Shown one piece after another: positions 47,022 to 57,213 of a stretch of DNA of 64,000 bases. The position numbers were made by a program, and so were the translations under genes. Below the pieces are notes generated by a model. That model did no database searches. It saw nothing but the letters and a program-made list of their open reading frames with translations, and had not been told where the DNA came from. The DNA comes from an uncultured Desulfosarcina sp. (GTDB taxonomy: Bacteria; Desulfobacterota; Desulfobacteria; Desulfobacterales; Desulfosarcinaceae), in the NCBI GenBank assembly GCA_963674945.2, contig CAXXWQ010000004.1:704001-768000 (forward strand), in the 5' to 3' direction. Every line of letters starts with the position of its first letter. Positions within the stretch are counted from its first letter, which is position 1.

Positions 47022-48008
47022 TCAAAGATAATCACTCGGAGAGCTAGCGTGCCAAGGGCTTCTGATAATATCGAGGTAAATCATATTCTCGGTCTTGGCA
47101 ATACCCGGTATCTTTCCGAGACCGTTCCTGATGAAGCCTGAAAGTGCCGGGATTTCCGAAAAGTGTACACCGAGAAGCATGTCATAGTGTCCCAATGTGA
47201 TGGCAACGAAATGCACGGAATTGAATGACGCCAGCTTGTATGCCACCTCATCGACCATACCGGGGAACACCTTGATGCCGATCATTGCCGTCATCTCATA
47301 CCCGAGGGACCCGGGTTCGGTAACGGCGATCACCTCTGTAAAACCTTCGGAAAGAAGCCGTTGCAGTCTCTTTGCGGCGCTCACCCTGCTGACACCCAGT
47401 TTTTTCGCCAGCTCTACCACCGGAATTCTGCCATCTTTCTGAAGCTCTTCAATAATCGACATGTCCAGCTTATCCGGAGCGTATCTCTTCTTTGCCGCTG
47501 TCTTTTGATGTACCGGTTCGTATTTGTACGGACTGGCCTCGCTAATGGGATACGACAACACATTTTTAACTGTCTCCATGTGAATCAGAGTTTCATTGCC
47601 CGTTATTCCGGAGATTTTGCCGATTTCATACCGGAGAAAAGTGGAGAGCGCTTCGAGGCTTTTGAAGAAGGCCCAGGTCACGATATCATAAGGACCGGTG
47701 GCAAGGGCCACCGAACGAAAATTCGGATATGATGCGAGTTTTTCCGTGACGCTAAGGATATCATGCCCCGATTTTACGGTAAACCCGACTGTAACACGGA
47801 TATTTTTCTTGGAAAATGGCAGGGCCGGCACTGCGACGACTTTAATGATGCGCTCGTCAATGATTCTTTTCAGTCTGGCGCTGGCCGCGCGCTGACTGAT
47901 GCCGGTCTTGTTTGCCAGGTGAATAATAGGAATTCTGCCGTCTCTTGCCAGTTCCTGAATCATCATCAAATCGATCTTATCAAGCTCACGTTTTGCGCGT
48001 TGCCGCAT
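47022..48008 (-). CDS. Tandem-domain Lrp/AsnC regulator (Lrp2), paralogue of Lrp1
   Basis: Highly similar to 29259-30245. Divergent from GRE3. Confidence 0.9.
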   Translation of the reverse strand: MRQRAKRELDKIDLMMIQELARDGRIPIIHLANKTGISQRAASARLKRIIDERIIKVVAVPALPFSKKNIRVTVGFTVKSGHDILSVTEKLASYPNFRSVALATGPYDIVTWAFFKSLEALSTFLRYEIGKISGITGNETLIHMETVKNVLSYPISEASPYKYEPVHQKTAAKKRYAPDKLDMSIIEELQKDGRIPVVELAKKLGVSRVSAAKRLQRLLSEGFTEVIAVTEPGSLGYEMTAMIGIKVFPGMVDEVAYKLASFNSVHFVAITLGHYDMLLGVHFSEIPALSGFIRNGLGKIPGIAKTENMIYLDIIRSPWHASSPSDYL

Positions 48009-48333
48009 AGTGCCATCTCCAACGAATTGTAAAAATAAGAGAAAATGATTTTCCAAAACCAAGCCTTGTCACCCATGAAAAGGCCTTTGTACATAAAATT
48101 GTAGCATGTTTCATCTATGGGAAAAACACAAGAATCATGAAAGTCTAAAAATGATACAATTGATACGAATCAATTAATATTTAGCATCAAAAAATAAACT
48201 TACATATCAAAATATCAAAAGTAAGGAGTTTTTTATTGACAGTTTGATACCCTGTTGGTAGGAAGTGGTAAGATAGACGAATTCCATTCGAATTGTTGGC
48301 ACTGTTCAACAAACACAAAATAGGAGGAGTAAA

Positions 48334-50853
48334 ATGGCTGCGTCAAAAAGCAAAGAACCAAAGGTCGATCCACGCGTGATCCAACTGGAGGCGGTCTACA
48401 AGACCAATGGCTTCACCGACCGGATCAAGATGCTCAAGGACAGGGTAAGGGAAGACGGCGTTCACATCGCCGGCGAAAGGGCCAGATACTGGCTTGAGTC
48501 TTACAAGGAGACCGAGGGCGAGCATCCGGCGATCCGGAAGGCCAAGGCGGAAGCCAATCTCATGGCCAAGATGCCCATCGTCATCCGGGAGGGCGAGCTG
48601 ATCGTGGGCAAGCCCACGCCGCACAATCGCGGCGCCTATCCGGGTCACACCTTCGGACCGGAAATGATATTGATGATCCTGGCCCACCGGGACCAGATGG
48701 CCAGCGCCGGCAGCGAGGAACAGGACGCCGAGCTCACCGACGAAACCATCGAGGATATCCGCGCCGCGGCCACCTACTGGGATGCCATGGGGCTGGGCAA
48801 GAAACGCCATGCGGCGGATATGGCCTTTGGCGGCGAAAAGAGAAATCAGATGGGCCAGGCCAAGCTCAACATGGGCGGCGTCCTGCAGATGGGTGAACAC
48901 ACCCCGCTGGTCGTGGGCTGCGACTTCGAGAAGTACCTGAGAATCGGCATCAACGGCATCATCGCCGAAATCGAAGACCGGATTGCCGAGATCAAACGCA
49001 AAGGGGACAAGCTCACGCTGGAGGATACCCACAAAATCAAAGTCCTGGAATCGTTCATCATCGGCCAGAAGGGCTTTTCGGTATTTATCAAGCGCCACGC
49101 CGAAGCGGCGCGCGAGCTGGCCAAGAAGGAAAAGAACGCCACCAGAAAGAAGGAACTGAAAGAGATCGGCGATGTCTGCGAGTGGGTGTCCGAAAATCCG
49201 CCGCGCACCTTCAGAGAAGCGCTGCAGGCCTACTGGTTCATACCGGTGGTGCACGACATGGAAAAGGCCATCTCCAACCATTACGCCGGCCGTTTCGATC
49301 AGTATCTGTTCCCGTTTTACATGAAAGACATCAACGAAGGCCGCATGACCCGCCAGGAAGCGGCGGAACTGATGGGGAACATCTTCGTATTCTGGGATTC
49401 GCTGGAGCCTTTCCTCTTCACGGGTCTTGCGGGCAGGCGGGACCATCAGGCGGTGGCCCAGGCCAACTACATCGTCAACGTCACCTTGGGCGGAATCGAC
49501 CGGAGGGGCAGAGACAACTCCAATGAGTGGGGCTGTATGGTACTGCACGTGGCCGGACAGCTCAGAACGCACCAGCCGCACATCTCCATTCGTTATCATC
49601 ACGCCATGAAACCCGAGTTTCTGGATGCGGCCATCGAGTGCAACAAGAATCACGGCGCGGGCATCCCTGCATGGTTCAACGACCGCAACAACATGGAGTA
49701 CCTGATGAGCCGCGGCGTTCCCCATGAAGAGGCGCGGGACTGGTCCATGGCCGGCTGCGTGAATACCGGCATCTGCAAGACCTTCAACTGGGGAATGGGA
49801 CATGGGCCCGGATTCGTGCATCACGGCAAACTGCTCCAGATGGCGCTCAATCGCGGCGTGGATCCGGATACCGGATTCAAGCTGGGAACGGACACCGGGG
49901 ATCCGCGGGAATTTTCGACCTTCGATGAGGTGCTGGAAGCCTACAAGACGCAGGTGAAGCACCATTACGCCTTCCATATGAATCTGGGCTTAAACGGCGC
50001 AAAGCATTGCGACGGCACCGGCGAAGCCTATATGCCGATCGCCTCGGCCTGGCTGGAGGGATGTATCGAAAGCGGCACCGACTGCAACCATCATGGGTGC
50101 ACGACGGCTTTTCAGCTGGAGGGCGGCTCCTTCGTGGACCGTGCCTTCCCGGACACCACCGACTCGTTGATCGCCATCAAGCATGCGGTGTTCGAAGACA
50201 AGATCTGCACCATGGACGAACTTCTCGCGGCACTCAAGGCGGATTTCGAGGGGTATGAAGAGCTGCGCAAGAAGCTGATGGATTATCCCAAGTACGGCAA
50301 CGACCTGGAAGAACCCGACGAGCTGATGGCGCATATCTGGTCCTGGACCCGGGACGAGGCGCTCTCCTATCGGGATGAACTGGGCCGTAAGCCCAGACTC
50401 TTCCGTCAGGGCGCCGCGTGGGCCCAGTGGGTTGCCGCAGAAACCGGAGCGCTGCCCAACGGGAAGAAGAAGGGGGAACCCCTGGCCGACGGGTCGTTGT
50501 CACCCGTTCGCGGCTGCGACAAGAACGGTCCCACGGCCGTGATGAATTCATCGGCGAAATGTGACATGATGGGCATGGAGAGCTCACTGATGAACATGAA
50601 GTTTTCCGCCGGCGTTCTTGGAAGCAATGAGGGCAAGCAGAAGTTTGCCGCCTTGCTTAGCACTTTTTTTGCCAAGGGCGGATCCCAGTTGCAGCTGAAT
50701 ATTTTGAACAGAAAAACCCTTCTGGATGCCAAAGCCCATCCGGAGAATTACCAGGACCTGGTGGTACGGGTTGCGGGATACAGTGCTTACTGGATCGAGC
50801 TGACGCCGGAAGTACGGGACGAAATCATCACCCGGACGGAACACGCCATGTAG
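48334..50853 (+). CDS. Glycyl radical enzyme GRE3 (839 aa), distant paralogue, no adjacent activase
   Basis: SD AGGAGGAG. GRFDQYLFPFY, Cys loop SMAGCVNTGIC and Gly loop LVVRVAGYSAYW. Confidence 0.95.
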   Translation: MAASKSKEPKVDPRVIQLEAVYKTNGFTDRIKMLKDRVREDGVHIAGERARYWLESYKETEGEHPAIRKAKAEANLMAKMPIVIREGELIVGKPTPHNRGAYPGHTFGPEMILMILAHRDQMASAGSEEQDAELTDETIEDIRAAATYWDAMGLGKKRHAADMAFGGEKRNQMGQAKLNMGGVLQMGEHTPLVVGCDFEKYLRIGINGIIAEIEDRIAEIKRKGDKLTLEDTHKIKVLESFIIGQKGFSVFIKRHAEAARELAKKEKNATRKKELKEIGDVCEWVSENPPRTFREALQAYWFIPVVHDMEKAISNHYAGRFDQYLFPFYMKDINEGRMTRQEAAELMGNIFVFWDSLEPFLFTGLAGRRDHQAVAQANYIVNVTLGGIDRRGRDNSNEWGCMVLHVAGQLRTHQPHISIRYHHAMKPEFLDAAIECNKNHGAGIPAWFNDRNNMEYLMSRGVPHEEARDWSMAGCVNTGICKTFNWGMGHGPGFVHHGKLLQMALNRGVDPDTGFKLGTDTGDPREFSTFDEVLEAYKTQVKHHYAFHMNLGLNGAKHCDGTGEAYMPIASAWLEGCIESGTDCNHHGCTTAFQLEGGSFVDRAFPDTTDSLIAIKHAVFEDKICTMDELLAALKADFEGYEELRKKLMDYPKYGNDLEEPDELMAHIWSWTRDEALSYRDELGRKPRLFRQGAAWAQWVAAETGALPNGKKKGEPLADGSLSPVRGCDKNGPTAVMNSSAKCDMMGMESSLMNMKFSAGVLGSNEGKQKFAALLSTFFAKGGSQLQLNILNRKTLLDAKAHPENYQDLVVRVAGYSAYWIELTPEVRDEIITRTEHAM

Positions 50854-50890
50854 TCCATGGGAAACAGATTCTGATCCAAAGTCAAAGAGA

Positions 50891-50930
50891 AGCCGCCACT
50901 GCCGAAAGGCCGTGGCGGCTAACTTTTTAT
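50891..50930 (+). terminator. Intrinsic terminator after GRE3
   Basis: AGCCGCCAC-TGCC-GAAA-GGCC-GTGGCGGCT followed by AACTTTTTAT. Confidence 0.75.
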
Positions 50931-51088
50931 GAACAATCAATCAACAAGTCCGGTACCGTATCCGGATGATCTGGATCATGGGATTGGGTATTGAAAGCGA
51001 TCAGAAGGCTGTCTCTCTTTCCGGTGTTTTGGATGGCATGGGAAACCAAGGAAGGAATCAGCAGATACCATGTCATGGGCAAAATCTT

Positions 51089-51421
51089 TTACTCACCTAA
51101 CAGCAACAGCAACCATGGCATGCTCCGCCCGCCGGTGCCGTTCGACGCCGTAACGATTTCGGCGGCGATGGCGGCACGCGTATCATACAAATCGGTGGGT
51201 ATCCGGCTAAAAAGGGTGCGGGATGCAATGAATTCTCGGGCCAACGCATCGGCCCTGTTGTCTTCATCGATCTTCGGATACCCTCCATTGAGAAGCCAGA
51301 GATATTCATAGTCCTCCATTCCCTCCCGCAACAATTCCCACCGGATCGACGAAACCAGCCGATTGCTCTGGGCAAGACAGGGATCAAAGGCGATGGTGGC
51401 ATCTCTGGGTGGATAGAACAT
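51089..51421 (-). pseudogene. 3' fragment of the IS-interrupted DUF4091 gene
   Basis: MFYPP...SSIRWELLREGMEDYEYL is the DUF4091 signature and continues in frame from GDGFMF at 53878. Confidence 0.88.
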
Positions 51422-53877
51422 CAGGAAACTTGATTTCCTAATTGTTGCATATGGCAAGCAAAACATAATGTAAGTGGTTGAAAAACAGAAAGATAGGAGT
51501 CTGAATCCAGCAGGCCGGTAAGGTATTGCAACCGGAAAATGAACATGGCACCTTTAACCTTATTATCTTGGCGGATAAATGAAAGGAAAAGGATGCCATG
51601 CCTCAACAGATACTACCACTTATTCCTCGCGGTGCAAGACAAATCAACGGGCTTGTCAGTGTATTTCGTGACGATACGACCTGGACCTATTTTCTATCGA
51701 CCGTTCCGATTTATTCTCACAGACAAGGCGATCAACGAATGTTTCGGATGATAACAGCCCAACTGGTTGAATCCGGAGCTTGCCGCCAGATCGATATCCA
51801 AAACACATTCGGCGTATCCAAGAGCAATGTCATCCGATCCGTGAACAAACTCAGGTCCGGCGGCGCCGAGGCATTTTTCGTTCAGCGGCGGGGACGACGC
51901 GGCGGCAAGGTTTTCAAACCTGAGGTGCTTGAACAAGCCCAACGTTTACTGGATCAAGGGTGCTCGAAAAAAGATGCCGCCCTGGAACTTGGCATTAAAT
52001 ACGATACGTTTCGCAAAGCTATAGATGATGGTCGGTTAATCGAATCAAGGATTGGTGAACCGTGTCTAACCAAATCAGATCGGGACATGGTCGACATGGC
52101 TGCTGCCGATGGTATGGGGACGGCTTGCAACCGAGTCGGGGAACGCATATTGGCATCATTGGGCAAAATGGTTGGTGCGCCGGTTCGTTTTGACAGATGC
52201 CTGGACGTTCCCAAAGCAGGCGTTCTTTGTGCGATACCGTCATTGGTGGCAAACGGGTTGTTTACCGGCGCAAAACAGTTCCTCGGCCAAGTCAAAGGCT
52301 ATTACACGATCTTTCATGTCTTGTTGCTGCTTTCGTTTATGGCCTTATGCAGGATCAAGACGACAGAAAAAATACGAGGCCATGCTCCGGGAGAATTTGG
52401 TAAGTTATTGGGCTTGGATCGTGCACCGGAGGTTCGCTGTTTGCGTTACAAGATGGATGCGTTGAGCGCAGACCACGGCGCGGAAAAGTGGGCCGCATAC
52501 CTCGGTAAATACTGGATGGAACAGGCGCCCGAATCGGTTGGCGCGCTTTATGTTGACGGGCATGTACGTGTTTATCATGGAAAATTGACCCGACTACCGC
52601 GCCGCTACGTGTCCCGGGAACGATTGTGCATGAGGGGCATTACCGACTATTGGGTTAACGATGCGATTGGCCGACCTTTTTTTGTCGTCGAAAAGCAGAT
52701 CGATCCTGGATTATTGGCGGTTTTAAGAGACGATATCGTTCCCCGGTTGTTGCAAGACGTTCCGAATCAACCCGGTTTGCAGCAACTACAAGAGAACCCA
52801 TGTTTATGCCGGTTCGTTCTTGTTTTCGACAGGGAAGGATATAGTCCCGCATTCTTCAAGGAAATGTGGGATCGCCATCGAATCGGCTGCATGACGTATC
52901 ATAAGCATCCTGGTGAATCATGGCCGGAGCATTGGTTCACCGAGTATGAAGTTGCGATGCCAAACAAAGAGGTGGTGAAGATGCGGCTTTGCGAAATGGG
53001 TAGTTTGGTGGGATCTGGTAAGGGTGCAACATGGATGCGACAAGTGCGAAAACTGACCGATTCCGGACACCAGACCAGCGTAATCAGCACCGCTTTCGAT
53101 TTGCCGCATACTCAATTGGCAGCACGCATGTTCAGCCGGTGGTGTCAGGAAAACTTTTTCAACTATATGATGCAACATTTTGATATCGATGTGCTTTTAG
53201 ATTATGGTGTCGTTGAATTTCCTGATACCGAACGGGTAATCAACCCCGTTTGGCGGCAATTGAATCAATCCCGTAATTCGTTGCAGAACAAGCTACGATA
53301 TCGTCGTGCCTGTTTTGCCGAGATGACCATTCACCCTGAAAATGAAGACAAACCGGTAAAGTTTAAGAAGTGGATAGAGAAAAAGGCCGAGCTGTTAGAA
53401 GAAATCGAAAAGATGGAGTATCAACTCAGCGAGTTGAAAGAAAAACGAAAACAGACAAGTAAACACATCACGTGGGGAGAACTTGAAGCAAAAGATAAAT
53501 TTTTACGTTTACAACCGGGCAGAAAACGCCTGATGGACACGGTTCGTATGATTGCATATCGTGCAGAGACGGCAATGGTTGGGTTGCTCACGGGTCCGAC
53601 GGTAAACTCGTCGGATGCACGGAGTCTTCTCCAGACACTGTTCCAGACCGAAGGCGATGTACTGCCCGATATTGAAAATCAGCAATTGAATATACGATTG
53701 CACGGCGCTTCGTTCCCAGCGGCCAATCGGGCTCTTTGCCAACTGTTTGCGCATCTGAACAGTGCGCAGGTAAAATACCCCGGTACCGAGCTGCAAATGA
53801 TATTCGAACTAAATGGCTGCAGCACCTCAAATCATGCCGGAGGTGTCACATAGTTTTCCCGGAGATGCAGTGTTCTG
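51422..53877 (+). mobile_element. Insertion sequence, 2456 bp, imperfect 17-bp IRs, 5-bp target duplication AACAT
   Basis: Left end CAGGAAACTTGATTTCC versus reverse complement of right end CAGAACACTGCATCTCC (12/17). AACAT at 51417-51421 and 53878-53882. Confidence 0.88.
51598..53853 (+). CDS. Large putative DDE transposase (751 aa)
   Basis: Two N-terminal HTH-like segments. YVDGH, VFDREGYS and RWCQENFF give the D-D-E pattern. Fills the IS. Confidence 0.85.
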   Translation: MPQQILPLIPRGARQINGLVSVFRDDTTWTYFLSTVPIYSHRQGDQRMFRMITAQLVESGACRQIDIQNTFGVSKSNVIRSVNKLRSGGAEAFFVQRRGRRGGKVFKPEVLEQAQRLLDQGCSKKDAALELGIKYDTFRKAIDDGRLIESRIGEPCLTKSDRDMVDMAAADGMGTACNRVGERILASLGKMVGAPVRFDRCLDVPKAGVLCAIPSLVANGLFTGAKQFLGQVKGYYTIFHVLLLLSFMALCRIKTTEKIRGHAPGEFGKLLGLDRAPEVRCLRYKMDALSADHGAEKWAAYLGKYWMEQAPESVGALYVDGHVRVYHGKLTRLPRRYVSRERLCMRGITDYWVNDAIGRPFFVVEKQIDPGLLAVLRDDIVPRLLQDVPNQPGLQQLQENPCLCRFVLVFDREGYSPAFFKEMWDRHRIGCMTYHKHPGESWPEHWFTEYEVAMPNKEVVKMRLCEMGSLVGSGKGATWMRQVRKLTDSGHQTSVISTAFDLPHTQLAARMFSRWCQENFFNYMMQHFDIDVLLDYGVVEFPDTERVINPVWRQLNQSRNSLQNKLRYRRACFAEMTIHPENEDKPVKFKKWIEKKAELLEEIEKMEYQLSELKEKRKQTSKHITWGELEAKDKFLRLQPGRKRLMDTVRMIAYRAETAMVGLLTGPTVNSSDARSLLQTLFQTEGDVLPDIENQQLNIRLHGASFPAANRALCQLFAHLNSAQVKYPGTELQMIFELNGCSTSNHAGGVT

Positions 53878-56315
53878 AACATGAAGCCGTCGCCGTTGCC
53901 ATTGTTCATCCAAGGATCTGCCCAGGGGTTGGGATCCCAGTCTGTGGTGGAATAATAACAAAGCCCGTCAACTCTCTCGAGCCAGGCCAGCCAAGGAACG
54001 ATCCGCGCCTCGAGCCCCGGCCGGTCCATTATTGTCGGGTTGGGCAGCGGCGGTCTGTCCCCATACAAAAAATACCACCACACTTCTTCCCCGTGATTGC
54101 GCTGTCGGTCATGGGCCCTTTCCACCTGATAATTGCTGATGGTCGGCATCCAGATATCGATCTTGGCGCCGGGATAAGTAGGGTTGTCGTAGATATCCGG
54201 CTCCACCTGCTCGCTGACCATGATCCGAACATGCGGAGCTGACAGTTTGGTCTGCTGGGATAGATATGCAACAATATCGTAGTCGTTGCCTGCACCTGCT
54301 TCCAGTCCTGTTTGCGGTTCGTTGACAATGTGATAATAGCCCTTGGCGGCATAATCGGAAGAACTGCCCACATAATCATCGACGGCGGTCCAGTACTGGA
54401 ACCATTTGGCATTGTATGGATCACTACCGGGTGGTTCTTCCCCCCTGCTTTGCCCGCAGAAAGAATAGGGCCTGCTATCCGGCGGCCAATTGCTGCTGGG
54501 TCCTTTCATCAAAAAACTCGGAAATCCGGTACCATTATCCAGGGCACCGCCGCTCAGATACTTTGCCGCCAGCGTATGAAAATCCCAATCCCCCCATGCA
54601 TCCGGGTCGAGGCCGCCGTTACAATCGTATTCCACGCCACCCGGATAGTTTACTCCCGCGGGCCATCCAACCCCTTTTGGCGTTAACCGGTGGTCGGCAA
54701 AATCCTCGTAAAGGGCATCCACCAGATCCCAATAACATTCATGAACGCCGCCTTCGGTTCCCTTGTATTCTTCCACCACGTTGCTCCACCCAAACCCCCA
54801 CTCGCCTGCCAGGTTGATCTGTGAAGGCAAATCAAAATCCCACACCTCCAGCTGCACGGGCACTGTCGTCGCACCGATGGTGACGGTGGCCGTGTACACG
54901 CCCGGCGCACTGCCTTTTGGGATATGAACGGTGAACCAAAGGGGCTGGTTCGTATTGGCGGGAAACAGGATGCTCTCCCCCAAAACGACTGGATAGAGCG
55001 GATCGGGCCAGTCGCCGATACGCCCGAAATGGTCGCTTATCTGCGACACGGGGACATAATCCACCCGATACAAGGCGACATTGGCGGCGGTGATGGTCTT
55101 ACTTTGGCTGACGAAATCGGAAATGGTCACCGACTCACTTCGCGTTGTTTCTGCTCGCACCACAAGCTGAAAGGGTTCGAATTCACCCCCTGCCCCCCGT
55201 ATTCGCAGGATGGACGAATGCACCGGCGGTTGATTGGTCTTGAGGACTTTTTCCACGGGTGGCGCGGCCCAGACATCCATTCCCTGATCGTTTGTCGCAT
55301 CGATCTTATGAAAATACCCTCCCGCCTCGGGTGCACCTGAAACACCGCTTATGGTCGGCTTTCCCAAAATGACCAATTCCGGTGCCGGGTGCCATGCTTT
55401 TTCCAACACATCGAAATAGATGTAGTACGTATTCGTGTGTCCGTCGACATTCCATTTGATAACACCGCCACCATCTTGGTCCACAAGCCGCAGGTTGTCG
55501 AACCAGAGGATCAGTCGGTCTCCATCGTCCCATAGCCCACTGTTCCCGCTTACCGTCTCGTTGTCCCGGGTGTGAAATTCCATGCGCGTGATGCTGGCGA
55601 AATCGGGTGTCGTGCAGGTATGAAAGGGTTTTAGCGGCACGCTGGCAAAATTCCACATATCGAGTGCCAGCGGCGGCCCCCCCTGGGTGATATTGCTCTG
55701 TCCGCAGCCCTGGGTATTGTAGAGTTTGAAATAATACAGATCGGGAGCCTGATCCAGTGCAGACCCGTTGACTTCGGGCCACACATCATAAGCAAACACC
55801 TCATAGTCGCGCCAGTCGGTGAGACCATCGGCGATGTGCAATTCGACGCCGGGATAACCGTAGCCGCCAGAAAGATTTTCGACGGTCGCCTTCAAGGAAC
55901 CCGAGCCCTGGGAAAAGCGGGTATTGTCCGGCTGCGCGCTGCCGTCGTTAACCGACCAGTAAACACCCGAAGAACGCCATCCGATCTGGGGATCATCGGC
56001 GTTTTCGAGTATGACGCTGTAAGTCTCTTGATAGGCAACGGCATCTTCGGGAAAAGAGCCGTTGTAGGGCAGGACTCTGATGGAACGAATGTCCAGCAAG
56101 CCGCCGTTTAGACCCAGCGCCTCGAATACCTTGGTGAAATTGATGGAGACCTGTCCCACCCCGTTGCCCGTTACATTGACGGGAATACGATAGGGCCATG
56201 CCTCATTCCACCATTGATCGGCTTCATTGGCATGGGAAAAAGTGGCCATTTGTGGAACAACGACCAACAGGAGCGTGGACACAATTGAAAAAAGTATGTG
56301 ATTAAAATGTTTCAC
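53878..56315 (-). pseudogene. 5' part of secreted DUF4091 / GH123-like glycoside-hydrolase-domain protein, interrupted by IS
   Basis: Signal peptide, WWNEAWPYRIP, GEFEPFQL, WPDPL, QPLWFTVHIP, VNEP, VWWY and GNGDG motifs. The restored ORF is 921 aa. Confidence 0.85.
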
Positions 56316-56323
56316 CGAAAAAA

Positions 56324-57082
56324 TCAGTACGTTGAAGAATAAAAGTGTTTCTTTCGTGGCTTGATGGGCTTTTTCCAGCGATTTTTCCCTCCTTCATAAA
56401 GCCATTTGTCGGGGAACCCCCGTTGCTGGATGAAAGTTGGCCGTTTGGCCCATTGGGTCAGCTTTTCATATGCGTCATGGATCTTTACAAAGGTGTCCCG
56501 GCTGCCACCCAGGTCCGGGTGATGCTTCATGGCCTGGCGCCGAAATGCACTTTTTATTTTCGACTCCAAGTTGGCCAAGGTAAGATCCTCGACGTCCAAT
56601 TTCAGTTGAACCAGGTTGCTGGCTTTCACCGATGGGATCGTGAGCACCGCCGGCATGACGGAATTCAACGGTGCCTTGCTTTTGCACGCCTGATGCAAAA
56701 CCTGCTCGGAGGCAAGATAGCGTTTGCTGGTACGCTGTTTTTCCTCCCACCAGAGACTACCCAACATATTGGACAGAAGACGAAAATCCTCCACTGGCTT
56801 TCCACCCGGCGAACGGGGCAGCATATAGCTATGGATCCGCTCCATGCCGTAAAGCAGGACATCCATCATAATGGCGAAATCCGAAAAATAGAAGGTAGCA
56901 TACCGGGTCCCCAGGGCTTTCAACAATCCCGTGCGTCGATTCAAGGACGCAAGCAGGTACTGCTGGCATTCCATGGAGCAATAGCGGTGGCGACGGGTCG
57001 GAAGCGTTTCACCGCACGCCAGACAACGCCTGTTGCTTTTGGATGTGGCGATCGGCACCATTTTTCTTGCGTTATCTTGCAT
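56324..57082 (-). CDS. J-domain protein with N-terminal Cys4 zinc-ribbon and C-terminal J domain
   Basis: CLACG...YCSMEC and KSAFRRQAMKHHPDLGG...IHDAYEKL. Confidence 0.8.
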   Translation of the reverse strand: MQDNARKMVPIATSKSNRRCLACGETLPTRRHRYCSMECQQYLLASLNRRTGLLKALGTRYATFYFSDFAIMMDVLLYGMERIHSYMLPRSPGGKPVEDFRLLSNMLGSLWWEEKQRTSKRYLASEQVLHQACKSKAPLNSVMPAVLTIPSVKASNLVQLKLDVEDLTLANLESKIKSAFRRQAMKHHPDLGGSRDTFVKIHDAYEKLTQWAKRPTFIQQRGFPDKWLYEGGKNRWKKPIKPRKKHFYSSTY

Positions 57083-57213
57083 GGTCCGTCCACCATACCG
57101 GTTATTTCCAAAAAATTAAAGCCCGCTTTATTGCAAAGTGGGCGTTTTGCTCTATGACGAATGATATCAAAACGATACCTGAATTTCCAACGGAATCCCG
57201 AACGATGTGCCGC

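Noticed and set aside
48343..49977. Long antisense ORFs (544 aa here; also 31856-33124, 33507-34466, 23833-24606, 39153-40040, 43485-44387)
   Set aside because: They are shadows of well-supported genes on the opposite strand, expected from codon bias, and show no motifs.
23656..50853. Calling the GREs pyruvate formate-lyase, benzyl/alkylsuccinate synthase, CutC or diol dehydratase
   Set aside because: There is no CC, LCMxP or CxE motif, and none of the diagnostic partner genes is present.
51422..51466. Start of the 125-aa ORF 51089-51466, and the tail RTLHLRENYVTPPA of ORF 53832-56315
   Set aside because: Both are read-through into IS ends, not real protein termini.
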